A DNA stretch of 64,000 nt from Neisseria sp. (GCF_030523955.1 NZ_JAUNHL010000006.1:1833-65832), one strand, 5' to 3'. Counted from the first letter of the stretch, positions 8,904-18,967 are shown. Numbers and translations: made by a program. The notes: a model not told the origin generated them from the sequence alone.

Positions 8904-10676
8904 TCACGGGCAGGCGGTTTCGCCGACGCGGATGTTTTGGTTGTGGAAGGCTTGCAGGGTGTTGCGGTGGCCGATGCTGATCAGTATGGTATCGGGCAGG
9001 CGCTGCCGGATGAGGGTGTAGAGCATGGCTTCGGTGGGTTCGTCCAGCGCCGAAGTGGCTTCGTCCAGCAGCACGACTTTGGGGGCGCTGAGCAGAATGC
9101 GGACGAAGGCGATGCGTTGCAGTTCGCCGGGTGAGAGCCTGTGTTGCCAGTCGTCGGTTTGATCGAGTTTTTCAATCAGGTGCTCCAAACGGCAGTCGGC
9201 GAGGGTGGTTGCCAGCGCGGGATGATGCGGATCGATGTCGGGGTAGCAAATGGCTTGGCGCAAGCTGCCTTGCGGGGTGTAGGGGCGTTGCGGTACGAAC
9301 AGCAAATTTTGCGGCGCGGGCCGGCGGATGCTGCCGCTGCTGCCGAACGGCCACAAACCGGCCAAGGCGCGCATCAGCGAGGTTTTGCCGCAGCCGCTGG
9401 GGCCTTGGATCAACAGGGCATCGCCGCTTTGCGCTTGCAGGCGGATGTTGTCGAGCAAGATGTCGCCGTTGTTGCGGTAAAGGGTAACGCCGTTTAATGA
9501 GATGCTGCCGTCGTCGGCTTCTTCGATATCGGGCCGGTGCAGCGGTGTCGGGTTGTCCATGCTGGCCAGAAAGCCGCTCAAGCGTTCGAGGCGGGCGCGG
9601 TAGACGGTGAATTCTTCATAGAAATTGCGGAAGAACGATAGGGCGCGTTGCAGGCGGTTGAAGGCTTGTACGGTTTGGTGCATATCGCCGATTTTAATCT
9701 GGCCGGCGAAAAAACGGGGAGCTTGCAGCATCAGCGGCAAAAGTTGTACACCTTGGGTGAGCAGGTCGTTGAAGCCGTTAAGGCCGACGCTCTGGCGGGT
9801 GATTTTCCAACGGTTGCGGATGATGGCGCGAAAGCGTTCGCCCAATTGCTGTTTTTCCTGCCATTCGCCGTTGTAAAAGGCGATGCTTTCGGCATGGTCG
9901 CGGATGCGGATGAGGGCGTAGCGGTAGTTGCCGTTGAGTTTTTCGTTGTCGTAGTTGTAGCGGATGAGGGGTTTGCCTATCCACATGGCGGCAACGGTGG
10001 AGAGCAGTACGAAGATGAATACGAAAAATACGATGCCGCGCGGGATTTCGACGCCGAATAAGGAAAGAATGCCGGATAGCCCCCACAATACGATGGTGAA
10101 TTCGATGGCGGAGAGGACGGAATTGAGCATGCCCCGTATGAATTCGATGGTGGTGGTGATGAAGTCTTGTGCGTCTTGCTGGATACGCTGGTCGATGTTG
10201 TCGGGCGTGTGGCGGCGCATTTGCAGGCGGTAGTAGTTTTTATCGGCCAGCCAGCGCTCGGTGAGCACGCTGTTGAGTTTTTCCGACCATTTGATGGCGA
10301 GCGATTGGTCGAGAAAGTCGTTGATGATGCCGTTGAGGGTGCGCAGGATGACCACGCCGGCGTTAATCAGGGCGAAAAACCAGAAAGCTTGGGCTTTTTG
10401 GTCTTGCAGGGCGCTGTATAAGCCGTTGTAGAAAAAGGTGTTTAATACGTTAAGACGGATTTCGGTGAGCAGCAGAACGATCATCAGGGCTGCCAGCAGC
10501 AGTACTTTGCGGCTGCTTTTTTTGTCGAGGCAGGGTTTTAAAACGTGCCAGAATTGTTTGCCGAAGCGGGTTTTGCCGCTCAGGGCGATGATGAGGGCAA
10601 GCGCTACTAATACGCCGCCGAAAGTCTGCAACAGCCACATGGGGGTAGCGTGCAGTTCGATTTGCCATTTTTCCAT
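8904..10676 (-). CDS. Fused permease/ATPase ABC transporter, YddA/SbmA/BacA-like (COG4178)
   Basis: 590 aa with N-terminal 6-TM domain and a C-terminal NBD (GPSGCGKTS, LSPGELQRIAFVRILL, LLDEATSALD). It lies 120 bp downstream of a TonB-dependent receptor on the same strand. Confidence 0.7.
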   Translation of the reverse strand: MEKWQIELHATPMWLLQTFGGVLVALALIIALSGKTRFGKQFWHVLKPCLDKKSSRKVLLLAALMIVLLLTEIRLNVLNTFFYNGLYSALQDQKAQAFWFFALINAGVVILRTLNGIINDFLDQSLAIKWSEKLNSVLTERWLADKNYYRLQMRRHTPDNIDQRIQQDAQDFITTTIEFIRGMLNSVLSAIEFTIVLWGLSGILSLFGVEIPRGIVFFVFIFVLLSTVAAMWIGKPLIRYNYDNEKLNGNYRYALIRIRDHAESIAFYNGEWQEKQQLGERFRAIIRNRWKITRQSVGLNGFNDLLTQGVQLLPLMLQAPRFFAGQIKIGDMHQTVQAFNRLQRALSFFRNFYEEFTVYRARLERLSGFLASMDNPTPLHRPDIEEADDGSISLNGVTLYRNNGDILLDNIRLQAQSGDALLIQGPSGCGKTSLMRALAGLWPFGSSGSIRRPAPQNLLFVPQRPYTPQGSLRQAICYPDIDPHHPALATTLADCRLEHLIEKLDQTDDWQHRLSPGELQRIAFVRILLSAPKVVLLDEATSALDEPTEAMLYTLIRQRLPDTILISIGHRNTLQAFHNQNIRVGETACP

Positions 10677-10697
10677 AGTTTTGCTTAATTAAGGGTA

Positions 10698-10728
10698 ATG
10701 CCTGTCTGAAAAGTTTTCAGACAGGCAT
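10698..10728. repeat. DUS inverted pair hairpin between the TBDR and the ABC gene
   Basis: atgcctgtctgaaaa g ttttcagacaggcat. Confidence 0.7.
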
Positions 10729-10796
10729 ATGCCGTTGTATCGGGCAGGATGACGTTTGGCGCCGGCCTTGCCCGGTCGGGCCGGCGCCGCCGGGAG

Positions 10797-12986
10797 TTAG
10801 AAGCTCAGTTTGGCGCCCAGGGTAATGCTGCGCGGATCGCCGATGGAGAGGAAAGGCATGGTGCTGTTGGAGCCGGTGCTGGACACGTAATACAGCTTGT
10901 CGCTCAGGTTTTTGCCGGTGAGGCGGATGTTGAGCGGGTATTTGCCGACTTTGGTGTCGTAGGAAACGAAGGCGTTGTAAATCGTCGCCGAGGGCAGGGT
11001 GAACCAGCCGCCCGCATCGTTGCCGACGCCCCAGCTGCCGATATAACGTGCACCGGCGCCGGCGCGCCAGTTACCGCCGGCGGCTTGGCCGAAGTCGTAA
11101 GTGAAGGTTAAGCCGGCTTCGTGTTCGGGCACGCTGTCGAACGGTTGGCCGACAATCAGCGGATTGCTGTCGTTTTGCAGGATTTTGGTGTGGGTGTAGG
11201 TGTAGTTGGCGGAGATGCCGAGTTTGTCGGTCAGCTTGCCGTTTACATCAATCTCTGCGCCGTAAGAGCGGTTTTTGCCGATGATGCGGGTTTCGTCGTC
11301 CACCGTACCGGCAACGTTGCGTTTGGTGATGTGGAAGAGGGCGAAGTTGGCGCTCAGGTTGTCGCCGTTGTATTTGGTGCCCAATTCGAACGAACGGGCG
11401 AGTTCGGGCGGTATTTCCGCGCCGTTAAAGTCGGTGCCGCGCGAGGCGTTGGGGTTCAGCGATTCCGAGTAATTGCCGTATACCGACCAATCCGGGCGGA
11501 TCAGATACACCGCGCCCAATTGCGGCAGCAGGCGGAAGCCTTCGCTGTAGTTGCGGAAATAACTATCGCCGCGTCCTTTGCCGGAAATGCTGCGGTAATA
11601 CTGGCCGCGCAGGCCGCCGGAGATAATCCATTTGTCGCCTACGTACATATTGTCCTGCACCAAGAGGGCGGCGGTTTTCAGGCGCTCGTATTGGTCGCTT
11701 TCGGAATTGCGGATGCTGGTACCCGAACTTTCGATCAGGCTGGGGCCGACGTATTGCGGGTCATCGATGCTGAAGCCGGCAATATTGGCGCTGCGGTACA
11801 TGTCGCCGAGGGTGAGTTTGTTGTCTTGTGCCTGCAAGGCGATACGCAGTTTGTGGGTGATGTTTTCGCCTTGGTCGACGATACCGTTGGCGGAAAGATT
11901 GAGGCTGTGGCCGGTATGGTCGGACGGCCGGGTGCCGTCGATGCGGCGGGTAACGGTACGGGTGGCGGCATTGTAGGCGGTAATCCGGGCCTGCCAGTCG
12001 CTGTAATGGTTGGTGCTGTAGCCGTAGGTGGCTTTCAGGGTCCAGTCGTTATTGATTTTGTGTTCGCCGCTCAATTGCAGGTTGTGGGCGTAACCATCGG
12101 AAATATTGAAGTTTTCGTCCAAACGGCGTTCGGCGGGAATGTCGATCGGTTTACCGTAGCTGGCATAGCCTTGGTTGTTGCTGTTCAAATCGAGGTAAGT
12201 GCCGCGGTCGAACGGTATCGAGTAGTTTTGATACTCGTAAGCCGCCAAGAGTTTGGTGTTTTCGTTTTGCCAAGAGAGCGAGGGTGCGATGATGCTTTGG
12301 CGGTATTTTGCGTGTTCGCCGTCGTGATCGCGCCAGTGTTTTTTGCCGCTGTAATCGGCGATAAAGCGGTAAGCCAAGCCGCTGTCGGCAATCGGGCCGG
12401 TAAGATCGATGCCGATTTGGCGTTGGTTCTGGGTGCCGATAGAGGCGTTGATGCTGTTTTCGGCTTTATAAAGCGGTTTTTTGGAAACGATATTGATCAC
12501 GCCGCCGGGGTCTTGCACGCCGTAGAGTACGGAAGCGGGACCTTTCAATACTTCGACGCGTTCGGCGGTGGCGGTGTAGTTACGCGCTTGCGTGGATTCG
12601 ACGCCGTTGCGCATGATGGAATGATCGCGGTTGCCGCCGTAGCCGCGTTTGACGATGGCATCTAGGGTGCCGGCCAGATTATTGCCTTGGTGCAGGCCGC
12701 TGATACCGGTTACCGCATCTTCCAGGGTTTGCGGCTGTTTGTCTTCCAGCTGCTGTTGGGTGACCACGTCGATGCTGTAGGGGGTATCCAGAATGGAGGT
12801 GTTGACACCGGTGATGTCGCTGCGTTCGGCTTTATAACCCGTTTCCATGGTCAGGCGTTTGGCGCGTACTTGCAGGGTTTCCAGTTGGGTGGGGGAGGCG
12901 CTGTTGCTTTCATCGGCAAATGCCGGAGCGGCTGCGCTGAGGCTTAATACGGCCAGCGCACAAGGGGTGAGGCGTGTGATTAGCAT
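10797..12986 (-). CDS. TonB-dependent outer-membrane receptor (siderophore, FhuA/FhuE/FusA type)
   Basis: 729 aa from the ATG at 12986. It has a signal peptide ...AAPAFA, a TonB box QLETLQVRA, a plug plus 22-strand barrel pattern, and ends KLSF. Confidence 0.8.
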   Translation of the reverse strand: MLITRLTPCALAVLSLSAAAPAFADESNSASPTQLETLQVRAKRLTMETGYKAERSDITGVNTSILDTPYSIDVVTQQQLEDKQPQTLEDAVTGISGLHQGNNLAGTLDAIVKRGYGGNRDHSIMRNGVESTQARNYTATAERVEVLKGPASVLYGVQDPGGVINIVSKKPLYKAENSINASIGTQNQRQIGIDLTGPIADSGLAYRFIADYSGKKHWRDHDGEHAKYRQSIIAPSLSWQNENTKLLAAYEYQNYSIPFDRGTYLDLNSNNQGYASYGKPIDIPAERRLDENFNISDGYAHNLQLSGEHKINNDWTLKATYGYSTNHYSDWQARITAYNAATRTVTRRIDGTRPSDHTGHSLNLSANGIVDQGENITHKLRIALQAQDNKLTLGDMYRSANIAGFSIDDPQYVGPSLIESSGTSIRNSESDQYERLKTAALLVQDNMYVGDKWIISGGLRGQYYRSISGKGRGDSYFRNYSEGFRLLPQLGAVYLIRPDWSVYGNYSESLNPNASRGTDFNGAEIPPELARSFELGTKYNGDNLSANFALFHITKRNVAGTVDDETRIIGKNRSYGAEIDVNGKLTDKLGISANYTYTHTKILQNDSNPLIVGQPFDSVPEHEAGLTFTYDFGQAAGGNWRAGAGARYIGSWGVGNDAGGWFTLPSATIYNAFVSYDTKVGKYPLNIRLTGKNLSDKLYYVSSTGSNSTMPFLSIGDPRSITLGAKLSF

Positions 12987-13407
12987 ATCTTCTTTAAATG
13001 GTATTCGAAAGGGAAGTGGAAAAAACGGCGGAAAAAGGAGTTCCGTCAACATAAGGGATTTATATAATGGATTTATTCTATTTTAAATAAAAATAATAAT
13101 AATTACCATTAATTAATAAGCTCTTTTCTTGTTAGTAGTTTGTTAAAAAAGAAAATATTTTTTTGTAATATTGGCAGAAAGTGGCAAGTACCCGGGATAA
13201 CGGAAAAAAGGCAGAAAGAAGCGAGAAAATCGGCGCTTTGCCTTGAAAACGGCGGCAAACAGGCGCAAAATACAAGCATCTTGTTCAGAGCGTGTCGTAC
13301 AACACCGGCACGCTTTTCGGTTTTTGCAAAAATGGTGGAAATGGTGCGGCGCTTGCCGCGGCGCATCATTTTGCCGCTGTACGATAGATTCGCTAAGGAT
13401 AATTGTT

Positions 13408-14577
13408 ATGTCGCAAGCGCTACACCCCGAAACACTGGCTATTCGCGGTGCTAAATTACAAACGGAATATAACGAACACCATCAGGCCTTGTTTTTAACC
13501 AGCAGCTTTATGTTCGACACCGCCGCCGAAGGTGCGGCGCTGTTTTCCGGCGCGCAGCCGGGCTTTACTTACAGCCGTACCGCCAATCCGACGGTAGAGA
13601 CGTTTAATCGGCGTATTTCGCTGTTGGAAGGCGCCGAGCAATCGGTATCGATGGCCACCGGCATGGCGGCGATTCAGGCGGCGATGCTGACTTTTCTGAG
13701 CGCGGGCGACCATTTGATTTGCAGCCGCAGCCTGTTCGGTACCACCATGGGGTTTATCATGAACCATGTCACGCGTTTCGGTATCGAAGTGACTTTGGTG
13801 TCGCAAACCGATTTGGCCGAATGGCAGGCGGCGTTGCGGCCAAATACCAAAATGCTGTTTTTGGAAACGCCGTCCAATCCTTTGAACGAAATCGCCGATT
13901 TGGCGGCGCTCGCCGAAATCGCCCATGCTGCCGGTGCGCTTTTGGTGGTGGACAACAGTTTTTGTTCGCCTGCCTTGCAGCGTCCGTTGCTGTTGGGCGC
14001 CGATTTGTCGGTGCAGTCGGCGACCAAAGCCATCGACGGCCACGGCCGGGTGCAGGGCGGGGTAGTGAGCGGCAGCCGCGAGCTGATGGGTAAAATCCAG
14101 CTTTATATGAACAGCGCCGGTTTGTCGATGTCGCCGTTTCATGCTTGGGAATTGCTGAGCGGCTTGGAGACCTTGTTCGTTCGCATGGAGAAACAATGCG
14201 CCAATGCGGATAAAATCGCGGCATGGTTGCGTGAACAGCCGCAGGTATTGAATGTTTACCACGCCGGTTTTGCCGATCACCCGCAGGCGGAATTGGTGAG
14301 AAAGCAGCAGCGCGCCGGCGGTATTGTGGTGGCTTTTGAAGTGGAAGGCGGCCAAGAGGCGGCATGGAAGTTGATGGACAGCGTACAGATTTTCTCGCGC
14401 ACCGCCAATCTGGGCGATGTGCGTTCCACCATCACCCATCCTTGGACCACCACCCACGGTAAAATGGCGGCGGAGGCCAAATATGAGTCAGGCATTCGCG
14501 AAGGTTTGTTGCGGCTGGCAGTAGGCATGGAATATGCCGATGATTTGATTGCCGATTTGGCGCAGGCGATGGCGTAA
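13408..14577 (+). CDS. metZ: O-succinyl/O-acetylhomoserine sulfhydrylase (Cys/Met-metabolism PLP enzyme)
   Basis: 389 aa starting MSQALHPETLAIRGA; the N-terminus is typical of the MetZ/CGS family and the RBS is aagga. The ORF-track extension is unsupported. Confidence 0.65.
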   Translation: MSQALHPETLAIRGAKLQTEYNEHHQALFLTSSFMFDTAAEGAALFSGAQPGFTYSRTANPTVETFNRRISLLEGAEQSVSMATGMAAIQAAMLTFLSAGDHLICSRSLFGTTMGFIMNHVTRFGIEVTLVSQTDLAEWQAALRPNTKMLFLETPSNPLNEIADLAALAEIAHAAGALLVVDNSFCSPALQRPLLLGADLSVQSATKAIDGHGRVQGGVVSGSRELMGKIQLYMNSAGLSMSPFHAWELLSGLETLFVRMEKQCANADKIAAWLREQPQVLNVYHAGFADHPQAELVRKQQRAGGIVVAFEVEGGQEAAWKLMDSVQIFSRTANLGDVRSTITHPWTTTHGKMAAEAKYESGIREGLLRLAVGMEYADDLIADLAQAMA

Positions 14578-14614
14578 ATGCCTGTCTGAAACGATTTGAT
14601 TGAAGGATGAATAC

Positions 14615-14821
14615 ATGGATGAGGCAACGTTTGCTTCGTGGTCGTTAAAAATCGGTTTGACCGGATTGATTATTTTCCTGGGCTTCATTATCTGGGATTT
14701 GGGTAAAAAATCCCAAGCCGGTAAATTGGGTATGTTTATTCTGTTTTTGGTATTGGGATTGGGCATATTCGGTTTTATTTTCAAAAACGTATTAGTCGAA
14801 TTTTTTGTGTTGAGCAAATAA
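14615..14821 (+). CDS. Small two-TM membrane protein (DUF2788-like)
   Basis: 68 aa reading MDEATFASWSLKIGLTGLIIFLGFIIWDLGKKSQAGKLGMFILFLVLGLGIFGFIF, with RBS gaaggatg. Confidence 0.5.
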   Translation: MDEATFASWSLKIGLTGLIIFLGFIIWDLGKKSQAGKLGMFILFLVLGLGIFGFIFKNVLVEFFVLSK

Positions 14822-14825
14822 TCAC

Positions 14826-14869
14826 CATGCCTGTCTGAAAAGCAATCAAGGCTTTTTTCAGACAGGCAT
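14826..14869. repeat. DUS inverted pair hairpin
   Basis: atgcctgtctgaaaa ... ttttcagacaggcat. Confidence 0.7.
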
Positions 14870-14892
14870 TTTTATACTGTTTCGGATTGCTT

Positions 14893-15951
14893 ATGCTGCG
14901 CTACATCTTGCAACGACTGCTGCTGCTGATTCCCACACTGTTCGGCATTCTGGCGATTACTTTTGCCGTGATCCAATTCGTGCCCGGCGGGCCGGTCGAG
15001 CAGATGGTTACCCAACTGACGCAAAGTACGGTTATGGGCGAAGCGGGCGGCAGCGCCACTTCTTCATCGATGTTGCAGCGCGGCGGCAGCCGGCTGAGTG
15101 CAGAGGATATGGAGAAAATCAAAGCCTTATACGGTTTTGACAAACCGGCGCTCGAACGTTTCACTGATATGATAGCGCGCTTTTTACGTTTCGATTTGGG
15201 CGAGAGCTTTTTCCACCACCAAACGGTGTTCGAATTGGTGAAGGAAAAACTACCGGTATCGATGAGCCTGGGTTTGTGGACTTTCTTTCTGACTTATTTA
15301 ATTTGTATTCCGTTGGGCATTGCCAAAGCAGTGCGCGACGGCAGCCGTTTCGATGCGGCCACCAGTCTCGTGATTCTGGTAGGCTATACGATTCCGCCTT
15401 TTGTATTGGGTTTGGTGTTGCTGGTGTTGTTCGGCGGCGGCAGCTTCTGGGCGTGGTTTCCTCAAGGAGGCTTGGTGAGCGACGATTGGGCAAGCTTCAG
15501 TTGGCCGCACAAAATCGCCGATTATCTCTGGCACATGGCGTTGCCGATTACCGCTTCGGTGGTCGGCAATCTGGCGGTGATGACGGTGCTCACCAAAAAC
15601 GTATTTCTCGAAGAAATCCGCCGCCAATATGTGTATACCGCGCGTGCCAAAGGCCTGTCTGAAAAACACATCCTGACCCGCCATGTATTGCGCAACGCCA
15701 TGATTCCGCTGATTACCGGATTTCCCGCCGCTTTTATCGGCGCGTTTTTCACCGGCAGCCTGTTGATCGAAACCCTGTTTTCGCTCGACGGCTTGGGCCT
15801 GCTCTCTTACGAAGCGGTGATGAAACGCGATTATCCGGTGGTGATGGGCACGCTGTATGTGTTCACGCTGATGAGTTTGATAGCGAAATTATTGTCGGAC
15901 ATCTCTTATTCTTGGGTGGATCCGCGCATTCATTTCGGCGGGCAGAAATAA
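14893..15951 (+). CDS. yejB: Microcin C/oligopeptide ABC transporter permease YejB
   Basis: Collinear with E. coli YejB (LLLIPTLFGI...FVPGGPVEQ...GLVLLVLFGGGS...VDPRIHF). Confidence 0.75.
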   Translation: MLRYILQRLLLLIPTLFGILAITFAVIQFVPGGPVEQMVTQLTQSTVMGEAGGSATSSSMLQRGGSRLSAEDMEKIKALYGFDKPALERFTDMIARFLRFDLGESFFHHQTVFELVKEKLPVSMSLGLWTFFLTYLICIPLGIAKAVRDGSRFDAATSLVILVGYTIPPFVLGLVLLVLFGGGSFWAWFPQGGLVSDDWASFSWPHKIADYLWHMALPITASVVGNLAVMTVLTKNVFLEEIRRQYVYTARAKGLSEKHILTRHVLRNAMIPLITGFPAAFIGAFFTGSLLIETLFSLDGLGLLSYEAVMKRDYPVVMGTLYVFTLMSLIAKLLSDISYSWVDPRIHFGGQK

Positions 15952-15966
15952 TTGCGCAAGGGGTAG

Positions 15967-16995
15967 ATGTTGATGCGAAAAATCTTTTCTTCACCTGTCT
16001 GGCAGGCATTCAAACGGCACAAGCGCGGCTGGTTTTCACTGCGTCTGCTGGCCGTGTTGTTTGTGTTGGCGCTGCTCGCGCCGTTGTGGAGCAACGATAA
16101 ACCTTTGTGGATACACTATCAGGGCGAATATTATTTCCCGTTGGCCAATACCTATCTCGACCGCGATTTCGGCGGCGATTTCGAAACGCCGGCCGATTAT
16201 TTCGACCCGCTCATCCGCAGAAACATCACCGAAAACGGTAACAGCGCCGTTTATCCGCTCAACCCCTACGCTGCCAACACCTTAAACGACTTCGATACCG
16301 CGCCCGACCCGGCGCCGCCTTCGGCCAACCACTGGCTGGGTACCGACGACCGCGGCCGCGATATTCTGGCGCGCTTGGTATACGGTTTCCGCGATTCGTT
16401 GCTGTTTGCATTGGCGTTAACGGTGATTACCACGATTATCGGCGTGCTGGCCGGTGCGATACAGGGTTATTTCGGCGGCAAAGTCGATTTGGTGATGCAG
16501 CGTCTTATGGAAATCTGGGGCGGTATGCCCGAATTGTATCTGCTGATTATTTTGCTGTCGTTTTTTAATCCCAGCCTGCTGATATTGCTGTTGCTGCTTT
16601 CCTTATTCGGCTGGATGGGTTTGTCGGATTACGTGCGCGCCGAGTTTTTGAAAAACCGCCAGGCCGATTATGTATTGGCGGCCAAAAGCATGGGCGTGGG
16701 CAACCGCGCGATTATGTGGCGGCACATTCTGCCCAACAGTCTCACGCCGGTATTGGCCTTTTTACCGTTTCGCATTTCCGGCGCGGTATTGGCCCTAACC
16801 AGCCTTGATTTTTTGGGTTTGGGCGTGCCTACTTCGCAGGCGAGCCTGGGCGAATTGCTTTCGCAAGGCAAAGAGAACCTCGATGCTTGGTGGATAGGCT
16901 TGCCGGCTTTCGGTACGCTGACCATGATGCTGTTGCTTCTGGTGATGGTGGGCGAGGGTTTGCGTTATGCATTTGATGTACGCGGCAGAAAATAA
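15967..16995 (+). CDS. yejE: Microcin C/oligopeptide ABC transporter permease YejE
   Basis: 342 aa OppC/DppC-type permease, immediately after yejB. Confidence 0.7.
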   Translation: MLMRKIFSSPVWQAFKRHKRGWFSLRLLAVLFVLALLAPLWSNDKPLWIHYQGEYYFPLANTYLDRDFGGDFETPADYFDPLIRRNITENGNSAVYPLNPYAANTLNDFDTAPDPAPPSANHWLGTDDRGRDILARLVYGFRDSLLFALALTVITTIIGVLAGAIQGYFGGKVDLVMQRLMEIWGGMPELYLLIILLSFFNPSLLILLLLLSLFGWMGLSDYVRAEFLKNRQADYVLAAKSMGVGNRAIMWRHILPNSLTPVLAFLPFRISGAVLALTSLDFLGLGVPTSQASLGELLSQGKENLDAWWIGLPAFGTLTMMLLLLVMVGEGLRYAFDVRGRK

Positions 16996-17005
16996 GGTGG
17001 ATGGC

Positions 17006-18547
17006 ATGAACATTCTGGAAATCGAACATCTGCATGCCGCTTTCCCCGGCAATACGGTATTGCACGACATTCATTTGCAGGTGAAAACCGGCCGCAAACT
17101 GGCGGTGGTGGGGGAGAGCGGCAGCGGCAAAACCGTGCTGGCGCAAGGCATTATGCGGCTCAATCCCGATGTGTCGCTGCAAGGCGAAATCCGTTTTCAG
17201 GGCGAAAATCTGCTGGCTTTGCCGGAAAAATCGCTGCGCAAACTGCGCGGCCGCGATATCGGCATGGTGTTTCAAGAACCGATGACGGCGCTCAACCCTG
17301 TGATGCAGGTTGGCCGGCAGATTGCCGAAGTGCTGATTTTGCATCTGGGTTTGGACAAGCGCGCCGCTTGGCAAAAAGCCGTTGATTTGTTGCGAGAAAC
17401 CGGTATACGGGATGCCGAAGAAAAAGTATCTGCCTATCCTTTCCAGCTTTCCGGCGGCCAGCGCCAGCGGGTGATGATTGCGATGGCGGTAGCAGCCGAG
17501 CCGAAGCTGCTGATTGCCGACGAGCCGACTACTGCGCTCGATGTGGCGGTGCAGGCACAAATATTGGATTTGCTCGACCGTTTGCAGCGCGAGCGCAATA
17601 TGACCATTTTATACATCACCCACGATTTGAATTTGGTGCGCCGCTTTGCAGATGATGTGGCGGTGATGCGTTACGGCAGAATCGTCGAGCAGGGCGCGGT
17701 GGCCGATATTTTCGATCGCCCGCAACACGAATATACCCGCCTGCTGCTGGATGCGGTGCCCAAGCGCGAAATCGAATGCCTGTCTGAAAACGCGCCGACC
17801 GTATTGCAGGCCGAAGGGCTGGGAGTAACGGTGAGCCGCAAAACCGGTTGGTTTAAAAAAGAGCAAAAAACCATTTTGCAGCCTTTGAGCTTTAATTTGA
17901 AAAGCGGCGAAACTCTGGGGGTAATCGGCGAGAGCGGCAGCGGAAAAACCACGTTGGCTAAGGCTTTGCTGCATTTGATGGAGGCTTGCGGCCAAGTGGT
18001 GCTCGACGGCAGGCCGTGGTCGCCGGCGAGCCGGCGCGATATTCAGATGGTGTTTCAAGACCCGTTCGGCGCATTCAATCCGCGCATGACGGTGCTCGAT
18101 ATCGTTTCCGAAGCCTTGGGTGTATACGAAAAAAACCTCGGCGAGGCTGAAATTGAGGCGCGGGTTCGCGAAGTGTTGCAGGCAGTGGGGCTGGAAGGCG
18201 AGATACTGGCGCGCTATCCGCACGAATTTTCCGGCGGCCAGCGCCAGCGCCTGGCGATTGCCCGTGCGATTATCGTCAAGCCCAAAGTATTGGTATTGGA
18301 CGAGCCGACCAGCGCACTTGATGTGCAGTGGCAGCGCGAAATTCTGAAGCTGCTGGCCCGTTTGCAAAAAACTTACGGCCTAAGCCTGATTGTTATCAGC
18401 CACGATTTGGCCGTTATCGGCGCACTGTCGCATCGTGTGATGGTGCTCAAAGACGGCGCAGTGGTGGAAGAGGGCGATTGCGAAAAGGTTTTTGCCCATC
18501 CCTATGCAGACTATACCCAAAAGCTATTGATGCATCACAGGGCTTGA
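17006..18547 (+). CDS. yejF: ABC transporter ATP-binding protein with duplicated ATPase domains, YejF
   Basis: Two Walker A motifs (GESGSGKT twice) and two LSGGQRQR signature motifs. The start is trimmed to MNILEIEHL with RBS aaggtgga. Confidence 0.75.
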   Translation: MNILEIEHLHAAFPGNTVLHDIHLQVKTGRKLAVVGESGSGKTVLAQGIMRLNPDVSLQGEIRFQGENLLALPEKSLRKLRGRDIGMVFQEPMTALNPVMQVGRQIAEVLILHLGLDKRAAWQKAVDLLRETGIRDAEEKVSAYPFQLSGGQRQRVMIAMAVAAEPKLLIADEPTTALDVAVQAQILDLLDRLQRERNMTILYITHDLNLVRRFADDVAVMRYGRIVEQGAVADIFDRPQHEYTRLLLDAVPKREIECLSENAPTVLQAEGLGVTVSRKTGWFKKEQKTILQPLSFNLKSGETLGVIGESGSGKTTLAKALLHLMEACGQVVLDGRPWSPASRRDIQMVFQDPFGAFNPRMTVLDIVSEALGVYEKNLGEAEIEARVREVLQAVGLEGEILARYPHEFSGGQRQRLAIARAIIVKPKVLVLDEPTSALDVQWQREILKLLARLQKTYGLSLIVISHDLAVIGALSHRVMVLKDGAVVEEGDCEKVFAHPYADYTQKLLMHHRA

Positions 18548-18634
18548 AATTCGGGCGGTAAAGCCCTATTCTAGCTGCAAGCACAAGGTGCGGGCATACG
18601 CACACACCAACCATTGGAAAAACGAAAGGAAATA

Positions 18635-18967
18635 ATGATGAGCAGCGATTTGATCGTACATGCTACCGATGCGAGTTTCGAACAAGATGTATTGAAATCC
18701 GACGTACCGGTATTGTTGGATTTCTGGGCGCCGTGGTGCGGCCCCTGCAAAATGATCGCCCCGATTCTGGACGAAGTGGCCGCTGAGTTCGAAGGTAAGC
18801 TGAAAGTGGTTAAAATCAATATCGACGAAAACGAGAACACCCCCGCCCAATTCGGCGTACGCGGTATTCCGACGTTGATGGTATTCAAAGACGGCCAAAA
18901 CGTCGCCACCAAAGTAGGCGCATTGGCTAAAACCCAATTGATGGCTTTTGTAAACGCTTCTTTGTAA
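18635..18967 (+). CDS. trxA: Thioredoxin
   Basis: Active site WAPWCGPCK, about 110 aa. Confidence 0.9.
   Translation: MMSSDLIVHATDASFEQDVLKSDVPVLLDFWAPWCGPCKMIAPILDEVAAEFEGKLKVVKINIDENENTPAQFGVRGIPTLMVFKDGQNVATKVGALAKTQLMAFVNASL

Noticed and set aside
11121-12665. 514-aa Gly/Val/Ala-rich ORF on the plus strand
   Set aside because: It is antisense to the TonB-dependent receptor. The repetitive GxG composition reflects barrel-strand codons read backwards.
12987-13140. Fur box upstream of the second TonB-dependent receptor (aatggtaattattattatt)
   Set aside because: It matches only 12/19 positions in a generally AT-rich region; this is not distinguishable from background.
13243-13407. Possible SAM-responsive riboswitch in the 165-nt metZ leader (tttttgcaaaaatgg...gcgcttgccgcggcgc)
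   Set aside because: There is some palindromic structure, but I could not recognise the conserved SAM-II or other riboswitch core by eye. A covariance-model scan (Rfam) is needed before any claim.
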